This document shows positions 1 through 13,600 of a DNA stretch of 64,000 nucleotides, piece after piece. A program made the translations under genes and the position numbers. The DNA comes from Tubulanus polymorphus (Eukaryota; Animalia; Nemertea). Positions within the stretch are counted from its first letter, which is position 1, and every line of letters begins with the position of its first letter. The notes under the pieces are model-generated. The model did not search any database. It saw nothing but the letters and a program-made list of their open reading frames with translations, and was not told where the DNA came from. The DNA is taken from assembly GCF_964204645.1 (NCBI RefSeq), contig NC_134028.1, positions 25,664,345 through 25,728,344 on the forward strand, written 5' to 3'.

Positions 1-1191
1 ACAGTGGAGTTAAACCTGAAACAATTTCTACTCGAGTTACTCCGGTGCTTAATCGGGTTGAAAATCGCACTGTCGGCTGGATAAAAGCTCGGCAACTTTC
101 CGGCGACGAAAGCTGTCAAGTTTTCCCCGAACTCGCTAAACCGTATCGGCTGCTATAATGGACGGCTTCGACGTTCCGTCGTTTTCGGGGGTGACAGAGG
201 GCGACCTTTCGAACAATAGTCGACGTAAGATATCGCACATTTCGAGTTGTTATCGGCACGTACGAGTATCGGCGTGATTTGTACGCGCACGTGACTAGGC
301 GACGGTTTCGAACTAACTGAAGCAAAATTAATACAAAAATTACCCCTTAAACGATCGTCGTATTAAAAGAGTCAATGACTAACAGTGAAATGTTGCCTCT
401 TATAGTAGCCCCCGGTAGCGAAGCTGGACGCATAAGTTTTGCGTTGAGAAAATCATTTTCTTCGAGAATTTATTAACCGTCCGTGGACGTGGATGGATCT
501 TTTCGCCGAAGGGCAAAGGAATGAATTTATTTGCAATTTTGCCGCCGTCCTAGCAGGGGTCGACATAAAAACAGCATATAATTGCCGGTTTCGAAAACTC
601 TAGCACACCACAACATGCGGTAACATTATGGTTGCTATGCGTTGGTTGAGTTTATTTCGTTAGAGCCATTGCCCGGTCTCCGCTATCCCATTTACGGCGA
701 CAAATAAAAACAGTTTAAAATCGTGTTTATCTCATAAAACACGACGGTTTTCATCGCTGTCCGTTTCGAACCCATTCAACAAACCGTCGACAAACCCCTC
801 GATTGCTAACTGAGGCGTTAATACAGAAAAATGCCGTCGACAAAGATTGTCTTGCTTTGGCGACTACTGAAGAGGTTCGGACACTCCCACAAGCCGTGTA
901 CCCATTGTACGGGACGATGTTGTTTGCGAAAAATGTACTTGAAATCGATGTTCTTTACTTCCGCTCCGTGCGGTAGAATATCAAACATATGCCACGGAAA
1001 TCCCGCGAACTTTTGATATTTTTCCTTGAGTTTTTTTCAATCGGTGAAACCAATATCGATATCATTTATAGACGCATTATAAGTAGATATTATAGAATTT
1101 AAGCGCCCAGTCCTTATTTAGACTAATGTATAGATACGAACTGATGATAAAATAGAATCGCAAATAGAATATCAAATATTTGTTTTTGCAG

Positions 1192-4100
1192 TACCGAACG
1201 GTGACCACGAAGCTAACAATAATGAACAAAGACCCGATTTAGAGGTAGGTCTGAAATCATGCTTTCGAACTTGTCCTCGAAGATGAAATTAGATTTTCTA
1301 ATAATTTTTTGTTATTTTGTAAAGGGCAAAGAAGGTGATTTATACGGACCTTTGAGTATGTGGTATAAAAAAGCGAAACCGGAACCGGAAATGCAATCGG
1401 CATCGATGGGAAATGTGTACTCTATGCAATATCAACAGTACATACCAGTATCAGCGACAACCGCAGAACCTCAGAAAAACAATTCCGATTATAACATGCA
1501 AAACCAAATAGTCATGACGTCACAGTCTAACGGCGCATCAGACGGACAAAATACAAACAACAGCGGCCATTACAGTCCAACCATGGGTAAGTTGATTTAA
1601 TCTTATTTTTACAATTTTGCTTCATTTCATGGCTTAAAAAGTGCTTCAGTTTATGATTGATTTATTTATTTTGTAAAATGTATTTGTATTCAGTCGGTAT
1701 AGATAAAGTTGTAACTCTAACACGAAACGTGGCTCGGTATACATCTCTCACTTATTCGTTAGTGCAATCGTGTATTCAAATTCTCGGTCTACTATATTAC
1801 CATACAATATATGCCCGAGATGACATTTCGTTTTAAGATCACCAAAACCTGATAAACGAGCCAATTTCCTGATCATATAATCTGAATTAATGTATACCAT
1901 ACCGAGCCGAGTTCAACGCTATCAACTAATTTCTTTTCTTCACCGGTTTCCGCCCACTTGCAACGACGGAGGCGACGCGTTCTTCTCATCTAAACGCGAG
2001 CTAGTTTCCTTTGAGTTTCCTTTGAATTTCCTTTTTCATTTTGGTCGTTGATTGTGTTTACATATACCCCCGAGGGTTACAGCGAATCGACTCGAAACAG
2101 AAACCGTTCATTATAGAAGCAGCCGACAATAACGGTTGTCGCGGATAGCCAGGGGGAAGATTATTTCGGCTTCACGACTTTGCTGGCTGCCGATAACCCC
2201 TTCTTATTATAGTAATGCGATTATACGTCTGCTAACAATAACAAGAATTCTTCCTTTTCGGAAACGATCGAATAACGGGACATAACGTAATATTATCAAT
2301 TAACAATCAAAACCACAAATCCGTACACGTTTGAAATAACAAGTTAACTGATTGGGATTTTCACCTAGAAATTCAGAAACTAATATTTAACCCTATCATT
2401 CACTGGAAAATGAAATACACTTCGATTCTTCTCACCTCCAAAATAAAAACATCACACTCACACTCTTTTCGTAGATTAGATTCACATACGATATACACAT
2501 AAAATAACATTATGAAATACCAGGAGAAACAAACGCGAGAAATTGTTGCATGAGACGACATTATCTTACAGCTCACGAAAACAATTCTACCTCTCCAACA
2601 ACCACTAAAGTCGAAAATCTCGCTCAAACAATGTCCGATTTCACTGAGCTAAGGCCCGTATCTGGCGACCCACACCAACAAACATACATCGCATATAACA
2701 CATGTAAGTAGCTTTAGCTAAGTAGCCTTATAGTAGCCTATAAACTAAACTAGGAATCAACGAAAATAAATCTTAACAAAACGAAACTCTATATACGACA
2801 GTGTGAGTGTGATAAAATGAAATTTGCCCCGAAAACACGAACAGAATAGTGATATTAAATTTTGAAACTATGCTGGATGAATACTGAATGGTTTTTTGTT
2901 CTGTTTTTCAGCACAAACCGGCTATACGAATTCTAGTTACGCACAGCAAGGTTTAGTACCGGCATCGTTAATGATTCCAGCCGGTTCAACGGGTTATAAT
3001 TCTACTTCCATGGCAGGTAAGAATTAATTCGATATTTCTAATCTGAGCAAAACGTTTATGTTCATTATTCGCGCGTCCTTCGGGAACGTTCGGTAAAACT
3101 CGGTACACGCGCACGCGGAACGCGTTCAATCGTCTGTCACCTGTACTTCCGGTATGGGAGGATTTCGTCGTCGTCTGTGGCCTCGTTTTCAGCTTGGTCG
3201 GGTGTAGCTGAAACGGAACATTACCCTTGACTGGTTTTGTCTTCACCCCAATGGACACGATAGTACAGCGAGCATAGCACTGAAATAGAGCGTTGCCGAC
3301 TCGTAGTGGTAGAGACGACTGATGCGGACCACTGGTCTTCTCCATCAGACTGTTCCCGAGGCTCCGTCGCCATTTTACCGATCGTTCTACATAGTAACGA
3401 CTTGATTTTACGTCTCAGGTGAAACTAACCCTGACAAACTGCACAGCCAATGACACAATATTATTTCTACTGCAGAATAATGACAATAATTGTTGGACGC
3501 TTGTGTATTTATTATCAAATGAAAGAAAAGCGGTCCGTGACTAAGACAGAAAACAGCACTGCTATAACTATAAAGGTCGTAACATTTTAGCGATAGGTTT
3601 TATGATTAATCGTTTAATGGCATGTGAATTTACCTCGTACACATATCATTGAAAAACTGCTCGCTACAATATTTCATGACGTGTCCCGAACGCGAATATA
3701 AATAAGGTATAATTCCGCGTCGACGAGAAATTGCCGGTGATTGCCCCATCCCGGCTACGGTCACGTTTCACTAGGTTCGAGATTATTTCGAGAAAGAATG
3801 ATCGCATCAAACGACACAATTACGACAATTAATCGCTTATTCCTTACATCGTAGACAACGCTGAACGTATAGAAAAATAGCCCGACGACACGATCGAAAA
3901 AATACAAGCAGCAGTGAACTTCTCGCTCATTAAGTTTTTCCGTTTTTCGAAGATTCTAGATTCGAGATAAGAAGGATTTTTTTTTACTGGCATCGAAACG
4001 TTGTGGGCCCCTGGGAACTCGGCGCATCAATCTTTTAAACGCTCGAAATTTCATTCGGACAAAAACAATTCCGAACGATTTATACCGTCATAAAACCCTG

Positions 4101-5955
4101 TTTGATTCTCGGTGGAGTATGGGACATTCCTGGGGTTATTTGAAACGCGGGATACGCATTCGTTTGACATCTGTCAAACTTCGTGAACGGTTCTTATACA
4201 GTCTAAGAGATAACGATCAGATTCGTCGGGAATATAATTCATCATCTATTTCCTGGCTGGTACCTTTGTTCGAGAACTATTGAAATAATGGTCAACCGCT
4301 AGCTTGTTGCCGACTTGAATCGTACGTTCACACCCGGCACTCTTCTATCCATCGTCTGCGTGCGTGACCGTGCACTGATGATGCTCATTATCAGGTCACA
4401 AACTGCCATCAATCTCCGATATAAATATTGTGATGACCGTTTTCACTAGGGATCTATTAATATTACATTTGACCACCGACTAGTCCATAAGGAACAATGT
4501 CGTGTCTGGTATAGTTCTGAATATCCAGCTTCCGTCGAAGGCTACATCTCTATGTTCATAGCTATAGATTGATTGTACTTTCAAACTCTAGTCCTACGAT
4601 ATAAAAGACTTGCGAAAATAATCTAAATACTTTTTTAATCATTAACTGATGATGAATTATTCGAAAATTCCAAACTTCCGACTTTATCGGTCATTGTGAT
4701 AATGTCGAGAACTCCCCATTGGGAACAAAGCTCGGCCATTGATTATGTATGCGTTTTATCCGCTACAAATGAGCTAAAACAAGTGGGCATATGGACCGAT
4801 TTTGATGATGATGTCGACTGACTGCGGTGTATCTTTATCCCGCCATATAAATGGTAATAAAACGACAATTATTGCCAGAGGAATGACGAATTATTACAAA
4901 AGGCGATGTCGAATTGAATGTAAATGTACCGCAGGGAGCCGCACTCCAAACCAAAGGTGTTCAGAGGTCAATCTGGTGATTGAAGTCAATAATTCTTCTC
5001 TAGGGCTCGATTAGACCGCAACAGATATTATATACATGGGCGTGAGAATGGACGGTGTTGAGGTATCCCATACTGACCAAGGAAATTGACACATCATCCA
5101 CATGTTCTTTCACTTGCTCATCGTTAATTTCCTCACTGTCTTCGTCGTGGTTTTTGTAATTCATCTTTTTCCTGAAGCAACGGGCTTCAACTCGAGCACA
5201 TCCACCTGGCTTGCCTAATGTCCTTCTTTCCCCTTCTTACACACAATTCGCTATATGTATCTCAATACGATTGTTGAATACAGATATATATTGAAGTTTT
5301 AAACATATACGTGTAAAACTAATCGAGATAATTTCAATGTTTTGTCATTACAGGTGGTGATTATTCGTCATATGCATCAGTACCTTATAATAGTCAATAC
5401 AGCAGCAGTGCTTATGCCGACCCCGCTTGGTCAATGAGATATGGCTCGGCAGGTGGCCTCATAAGTAAGTATATAATATGATGATTTATCCTAATCAAAA
5501 TATAAAAACGATCAGTGTATGAATGAAATGTTCCCTTTGAATTTTGTGAATGCAAAATTTATGAATCGAAATAAATGCGTGATTTGAATAACAACATGCG
5601 TGATGAATTAATCGTAACCTAACATGATAACGTGTGCTCCTCATCTACGATATAACCAATTAAAATAATTCTCTGAATAGTTGGAATAAGGCGTAGGACC
5701 AACGATGATAACTAATTCACTTCGAATGACAAAAGAGTTTTATCGTGTGCTTTACGTCACTGTTTCTTGTGTGCCTTGATGATCACGTGTTACTCACCCA
5801 TGCACTGTCTAACCGTGTGTTTGTTTTTTTCTCTTTCTTTACCAATCGAATTTACAGACCCTTCATATTATTACGCTCACAGTGCTACACGACCCAATGC
5901 TTCAGAATCTACCGCAGTCGGAGGTCCAGCAAATTTCAAGGCAGAACGATGCTAG
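1192..5955 (+). CDS. Pax2/5/8: Pax2/5/8 transcription factor, 3' coding exons (paired domain lies upstream of the window)
   Basis: GT-AG exons in compatible phases: 1192-1244, 1325-1586, 2912-3016, 5354-5464, 5858-5955(TAG). Joined C-terminus ...STSMAGGDYSSYASVPYNSQYSSSAYADPAWSMRYGSAGGLINPSYYYAHSATRP...ERC* resembles the Pax2/5/8 transactivation tail (human PAX2 [42 protein letters not shown]). Adjacency to MELK supports the call. Confidence 0.8.
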
Positions 5956-7637
5956 CGACCAACAGGAAACACACGCGCTCGAGCTTATTCCAGTACACGA
6001 GGAATCGTTGAACTTGGTTAAAACGGAAGTGCAACGGGAGACACCGCCGCCCGCCTACAGCCAGTAAACCAGACCGCACCGGCCAGATTTCATCGATCGA
6101 CTAAAATGGAACTCGATTAAGTTTCAGACCGCGAATTAATTCCAAAAAACAAACAGTATTCATTACGAGACAAGCATTTCGTTCTAAATCAAAACTTATA
6201 CCGGTAGTAGTGTGACAGATTCGTCGAAATATTTAAAAAAAAACTATCGTCTACGATTTGGAAAGATGCCGATTCAAGAGTCAATGGAAATAAATACAGC
6301 TATTTAAAATGTCGAAGTGGTGCATAACGATCATGTAACTTGTGTATAATTAATTATGGATGTAAATAATATCTAAATAAGATGTAAATGTTAGGTTTAT
6401 GGAGAAAATATTGATTTACGTGTATTGAGAATCTCACGAACGCTGGCTCGTGGAATCAGGGGTTTAGTTTCTAGAGACAGTTATGACAAAAGTGTTCAAA
6501 GTAGAAGTTTATTTATCCATTTGGTTGGTGTGGGTTGCGTGGATTTCGTGTGACTATTATTAGAAAATATGTCGAAAAACAGACTTGCCGCTGTTCTTGC
6601 CAATTTTGTATAGAAAAGTGTTTTTTTTTTCGGGGTAGATTAATTTTTCTTTTTCGTATTAAGAACAAAGTACTTAAAAATGTACGTTAAATTTGTTTGT
6701 TTTATTATTTGTGCCCGAACGAAAAATTGGAAAAATGTTCAGTTTCGTGCAATACAATTCGAAAATTTGCTGAACAACGTACAATTTAATGCATAATACA
6801 TCAACGATCGAACGAATCTCAGAGAATGTTTATTTTAGTGCATTGTTTATTGAATTTGAATATTGTAAATATCATGTATATATTGTGAATACAAAACTGA
6901 GATCTAACTAACGGGCATGCGCGTGCGCGTGCGCGTTGCAGAGGTTCCGTTCTCGTACTTACTTCTACTACAAAAAAATAACATTTACCGGAAGTGCAAA
7001 ACGCCCGGGTTTCTAGTCCTTTTTTGTGAACTTGAATAATAACGAACTGGTTTTATTTACCAGAAAATAAATATGTACAGTTTCAAAGCGTAGCTTGTAA
7101 CCTGGACATGTAAATATAAATACGTGATTAGAACGAAAAGACTAATTAATGTTCTATTTCATGCTCTCTGATCTTCCGTTTGAAAAAAAAGCATAATTCT
7201 TCATAGTAAATTATTGCCAAAAACCTGATATCGACACCTCTGAGTAGAAAGACACTTACTAAAACTGTAGAAAAGAAAACAGATGCTGTGCATTTAAAGC
7301 GTGTATTTTTACAGGTATTTTTCGTACTACTGTGTATCATATCTTTTTATTTATATCGGAAACCGGATCTGAACGATTAAGTACTGTGGTTTGTTAATGA
7401 GTTTTATTTATTGTGACTTATTTAGTAGGATTTTTCTAACCGATGTCTATATACATGTAGTGGGTGGTCGAAGAATTTATTCGATGAATTATTATGATTT
7501 TAGTTTTTTCTTTCGAGAGAGAGAGAGATCACGTGACGTAGCGATCGGTTTCATTCTATCGTTTGTTACTACAGTAGATTTCCAGTTTCATGTGCAAATG
7601 TTCACCGATTATTATATTTCATAAAGATGATAAAGAA

Positions 7638-7643
7638 AATAAA
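7638..7643 (+). terminator. Candidate polyadenylation signal of Pax2/5/8 (3' UTR about 1.7 kb)
   Basis: AATAAA followed about 35 nt later by a GU-rich tract (tcgtctgttgttgatcagtttttggttg). Another AATAAA lies near 7066. Confidence 0.4.
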
Positions 7644-10600
7644 CCCGACCCTCTTCTAATATATTATTAATCATATCGTCTGTTGTTGATCAGTTTTTGG
7701 TTGTCGTGGAGCCGGGCGGGATACAGGAAGGATCAGCAGGTTTCAATGGTTACTACCGATTCCGGTTTTAGTTAATCTTCTACCGGACCACAGTCGAGAC
7801 ATATTTTGAAAGGTGGTCTTGAATCATAAGACTGGTCTTAAGTTGTTAGTTTGGCTATTGAACTATGTCGAAGACTGGTGTCTATGCTACTAAGATTACG
7901 AAACCGGGGCTCGGCCAGAATATGCTTTAACGATCCCTAAATAGCATGAGAAGCGGTTGGTAGAGAGTCTGTAATCCAGAATTTATATTCCTTAACTTGA
8001 GAATACGTTCAATCGAAACATTGAATCGTCAAACGTTCGAAGAATGTTCCTGGCAAGCTGGGATAAGTTTCCGAGTTCTATTGCTGAACGGCCTTGAGGA
8101 GGAAAGCGAGGAAGAGATTTCGAGTTCGAGTCCCAATCATGCGATATTCGACCGTTTCTGGTTACCGGTCTCTATCTACAATTTGAATGGGACAGGCAAC
8201 CAGTCTAGATCGTTTCTAAACAATATCATAACCACGTGTGCATATCATATCCCCCTTGCGACGAATCGAGGAACTAATGACAACATACGAACACGTTCGT
8301 ACCCTGGCAAGCGAAAATTACCCATTACAAAATAATTAACACTACACTCAGTAAATTCAAAGGAAAAAATTTTCCAAACTGTACGTCTTATAGGAGTTGT
8401 GTATTATAGGAGTTCTGACGTCACCGTGGCCTAGGATCCATAGTAAATTCGTTCGAAAATAATATGCTATATTACAAGAAAAACTATATAAACAATACCT
8501 TGACACTGGACACCTAAAACCTGTTCATGAAAATAGAATTATGTAATTCTTAAACTTATGCTCGACCGAATGGAATACTGAAGCCCCTGAACTATTCCTA
8601 AAAAAAACATCTCGTTCGAGAGATTCTACGTCCACCAAGTGAAAGACAATACTGTGGAAAAATGACTAATTTAGTATTTGATAAAACACAGATCACGAGT
8701 CGTGAGATCTTTGATGCTACATGAAACACAATCCTTCAACGCTTAAACGCGGACTGTTTTCCCGTTTCCTTTGATGACCGGTTTGATTAATCGAATTTGA
8801 GGGTTTTGTAGCATTCTTTAGTTTCAGGCCTGTGTTTAAGGCGCCGAGGGAACCGAGTATTGACAAGGCATAGCGAATTGAGCGATTTGCTGTGTGTGTG
8901 ATGTATAACACTGCAATACCAGTACTGACATGATGGTTAATATTTGATGACGCCATTAGATATAGCCGACTGAATCGCGTATCTGCTGGACCATAACGCA
9001 TACTAATTAATTAGTATCATCTCGCGCATTCACGTGCCAGGGTTCACTTCTGTTTTCAGAACGTGGAGACCAACTATCAATCCATATGAAGGATTTCAAA
9101 AAGCAATGTCGAGTAGACCCGCACTTACGCAAACAACGTTAATCAGTAATAAGTAAACTACATATGTAGTTAGCAGCATGCTGGAATACTAATTATAACA
9201 CATTGCATCTGCGACACACCGTCACAGATCTTATGATATTGTAGGCCTATCACAAAATCAAGAGCTGATTTGCCCCAAACAGCAATGAAATCTGCAGCTG
9301 CGTGTAATGTATCTTTGATAGAATTACATTTTGAAACTGCTCCTGCCCGTACGAAATAAACTTCACGACGGAAATGACGCAGTTTTGGGAAGCACGATCT
9401 AAAAATGAACGCCAGTCGTAATGTATAATCAGAACCAAAGACGTCAGCGTAAACACGATACAAAAACAAAGAATATACATTATCATTACAACACATGAAA
9501 TTCTCTTATTTCAAAACTCTATGAACATGATTGTGATTAAATACCATCTGGGATTGAACTTCACGCCGCGTGGGAGGTGTACATACTGAAAGCGGGTGAA
9601 GCTGGGGACTGAAATAACAGGAGGATTCAGTGGGCAATATGAATATGAAAGTGATGAAATAATCATCATTTGATAAAACAACTCCTCGAATATGAAACGA
9701 ACATGACCTTTATGAAGGAAATTGACCTGAAACTGTCATCGACACGAAAACGATGGTAACGGAGATATCGTCTTTAGGGCAATATACTGCATTGATATTG
9801 AATCCTTGCGTGCCAGGGATAAGTTTTTTTATGTTGAATCCCCAGTTTGTGAGCTATAGGTTTATCGGCGATTTAGCAATATGCGGTATTGATGTTGAAT
9901 CCTCACGTGCCAGGGATTAGCTCGGAGTCGGTTCAATAAGTGTAAAAAGAGCAATAGAGCATGTCAGGGATGATGTTAAATCCTTGGGAACTGTATTACG
10001 CTGTATTTATGCCGGGGTCAGTTTGGAACATTTTGGGAGTCCACATACGCCATAGACCATATAGATTAGCATTCCCTTTGCGGTTGTGACCGATTGTGAA
10101 TCAGTTCAAGATATTGCCAGTCACTTCGGTTGACGAATACAGAATTGCATATAAACTAACATATTTCAAATAACTGTAATTATGGCATTTATTGAGTCGT
10201 TTACAAATATATACAATACAAGGGTTAGGGCTGTTGAATAAAATCAATACAATTCTATTCACTTTAAGATACATGTTTAAAAATCTCATGATTTTATTAT
10301 ATAATTTAAAATTGTAAAAGCCTTCATGAAATATTATTGCCAGGAAGAACATTTTGAGAGGCACATAAAATTGAATTAAAATTGAACAATAACCTGATAA
10401 CTATTCACATTGTTCATTAATACATATCTAATACAATACAAGGCCCTGTTTTATAGACTGGTATCAACTTAAACCCGAGCTAACTCAATTGATTTTCAGT
10501 TCAGTTATTACCAGTCTACAAAAGCCGTGCCTGGCTACTCAGTGGTTTAATATAAACACAGTACACATAATGTATGAGATTTATTTACAAATTTACAAGT

Positions 10601-13600
10601 CGTTAAATCGCCTTAAAATCGAAATAATTAGTAAACTTCAAGTTGAGACTCTCATTCTATCATCACTTTTCTACAATACGATTTAATAACTCACAAAATA
10701 TACTTTTTACACCGAGTCGGAATCAATCCCGACCACTCGGGCCCAGTTAAACAGTTCCGGGATAAGACTGATTCTACTTAGTCAGTTTTAACCAAGGCCT
10801 AAAACTGTAGATAGAACTGTTTAAATGATGTTTACTTCCGATGAGAGTTCTTGCGATTCTTCCTCCATTTCATCTATAAATATAAACAAAGAACACATAT
10901 TAGATTAAATGAACAGCCACTTTCCACCCACTTACGAATCCCGTGAGTTTTCCCTGATTTTTCCATATCATTACCCGGTACTCGAAATTACCTGAGTGAA
11001 TCGGAGAAATTTCTAAGTTTAAAATGTAAAAACTCATTCATTTTTTCATGAATTACATATTGATTAAGAAACACAGTCCATAGCATTATCCAAATTCCCT
11101 GAGTTTTCCCGGTTTTTAAATAGATTTTGTCGAATTTTCCCAGATTTTTCTGATTCCCTGCGTTTTCCAGGTTTTCCAGGTCAGTGGAGTCACCCCACAA
11201 GCGGTATACCGAAACTGAAATCCGTCCACCAAAAATATCTCATAAAACAACTGAGAAAGAGTTTGTGGCTCCGCGATGTAAAGTCATCAATGCCACTTCC
11301 TCGTACACGGCCACTTCAAGTGCAGCTTTTGTTCACTTTTGTTTTCGCGATGTCGCCCGACAAGAAAACCCACTAGCAGAAAATGGTCGCCGGGTCTGGA
11401 AAGATTGATGACGGCCGGTCGCGTCGCGCGGATAAAAGCGACTTATTATCCGCTCGGGTATGGTTACACATGAAACCAGACGTGTTCGATACGTTTCGAA
11501 CTAAATCAGAAATTCGTGTTCGCCGACGAATTATGAATGCGACAACAACAATAACCGCCACGGCGACCCCACAGAGGAAGAACGAGGTCGCAAACAGAAA
11601 TCAGAATTGTTTCCGCGTAAATCGAGCAGAAGAATGATTGATTTCTAAATAACATCGGCCCGTGTTTAGAAACAATGAATCTGTGACTTGCTGTGACTGC
11701 AATATCATCAGAAAACTGAACACTTACAACCGGTTCTACAGTAAGCATAGAACTATGCTTATGAGACCAGTTTCAATAAGTTACATCGGTCAAAGGATCG
11801 CAACCTTAGAAAAAATGAATATGCTCAGATATCTAGAGACCTAAATAGTTATAGGACTGCAATCTTAGAATTTATGTTTAAGTATTTTAAGACCAGTCTC
11901 CATTGGTTATAGAACCACGATCTCACACACAAATATGCCTTGACTTTTTAAGAAACAGTCTTAATTGATTATATGTAGTGGGACCACTATCTTGTAAATA
12001 CACTAATACAAGTTTCAGACCAGTCTTAATCGGTTTAATGATCTTAACTTAAGTAAATATCTACCTAGTAGTTTTAAGACCAGTCTCGATTGTTCGAAGG
12101 ACCACAATGTTAATATGGTTAAATTAAGACCCGTATCAATTGGTCATAGAATCAAAATCATAGCTTTTTCCGTAACAAACTCTAGAAGCAGTTCTTGCAG
12201 CAAGAAATTTCTTTAAAAAAAAAATAGGATAAAAACTCAATCCATAAATGCACAAATCTAGCGTCTAAATATGAAATGTGATCGACCGAGTTTTAAAATA
12301 CCGAGGAATGAGCAAAGCTTTCAATCAAATAATCAGATGAGATTTTAATTAAATCGAAATCGACCGGTGAGCGATGATTAAAGTGATTAGTTAGGCATAA
12401 AACCTGCAGTAATATAATAATAATCACATACACACCGTGAACGATCATCGTCTGGTCTGCAGTTAATAGTCTACGATACCAGACCTGACCGCTGAATTAA
12501 TCTCTGTATTAGATCGGAATTAATCGCCAATAAAACAATTTCATCGGATTGTCTGACGTAGCATCAACATATGGCTGCACGGTGACCGTGCATACGATAC
12601 AGTATTAAGACTATTGTTATGAAACATATGCCTATCAGATTTCACTTCGCCCATCTGGGATAGGATTTCATTCGCAAATTCGAGAACTTATGACCTCAAA
12701 TTTCAAGAAAAGCAGATCGAAAACTATTTTTTCAACGTAGAAAGCGGCTGAAAGCGTGTTTGAACGGAGTAGTAACAGTTGACTATAAAAAGGGAAAAGG
12801 GAATCCGCGCCCAAAGGGGTGGACCAAGAGGCTGACTTCAACTGGAGCATGAAGAAATGAAATGAGAAGGGCATTATACTGAAAAAGGGCACGTTATAAG
12901 CAGGAAAAACAAGGGTCCGGAAAATTTGGAAATTTCAGTGCATTTGCATACAATTTCTAGGTACTTTTAAATGGCCATTTAAGAATATAGAAGCTAAACA
13001 GAGTGGAGTGACTGCTGTCTTATTAGTCGCAGCTACGAGCAATCATGATTGCTCGTAGGTTGACTAGTCCAAAAATGGCCCTAAGACTGGTCTCGAACCT
13101 AAGCAATGACTACGCAACTGGCTCCAGATCTTGAAGGTCAAGATCCTAGGGAAATTTCATACGCTGTTAAGACTTCTACCTGAAACTTCTAAATTGCCAC
13201 TAGGTTTAGTAAATAAGAGTAAGCAGCAGTGAATGATTGGTGTAGCGTAGTTACGATGATGGGTTCTCAGAACACAATGAGCCATCAAAATATCACGCCT
13301 GCATGAACGCGGCGGCAAGAAAACATTATTTATCCCGCGCAAAGAAATTACCGATCGTTTCCTGAATCAGAGATCGAAAGATAATAAAATGCGAATGTGA
13401 CGTTCATGTTGATTAAAGTCTATGGCGGCTGAGACACTACACGCCGTCATATATCACTGCGTTACACACTGGACAGGTCGAATATACGATCAGAATTTAC
13501 AATGATGTTTAACAGGGTGGCGACTTTGCACCCATTTACAAATCCGCGAATACGCGGTCAATAACGCATCCAAATTCTCTTTAGAGTTTTCCAGCTTTTT

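Noticed and set aside
1141-1170. CTGATGA motifs here and elsewhere as hammerhead ribozyme or C/D snoRNA cores
   Set aside because: No correctly spaced GAAA core with flanking stems, and no paired C/D boxes with terminal stems, were found by eye.
5953-6020. Stop-codon readthrough of the Pax TAG (TAG-C context)
   Set aside because: The extension would be only about 21 aa with no notable motif; nothing supports it beyond a common context.
9170-9496. Hydrophobic-start ORFs on the minus strand between Pax and MELK
   Set aside because: No recognisable domain, no linked exon chain; consistent with chance in AT-rich DNA.
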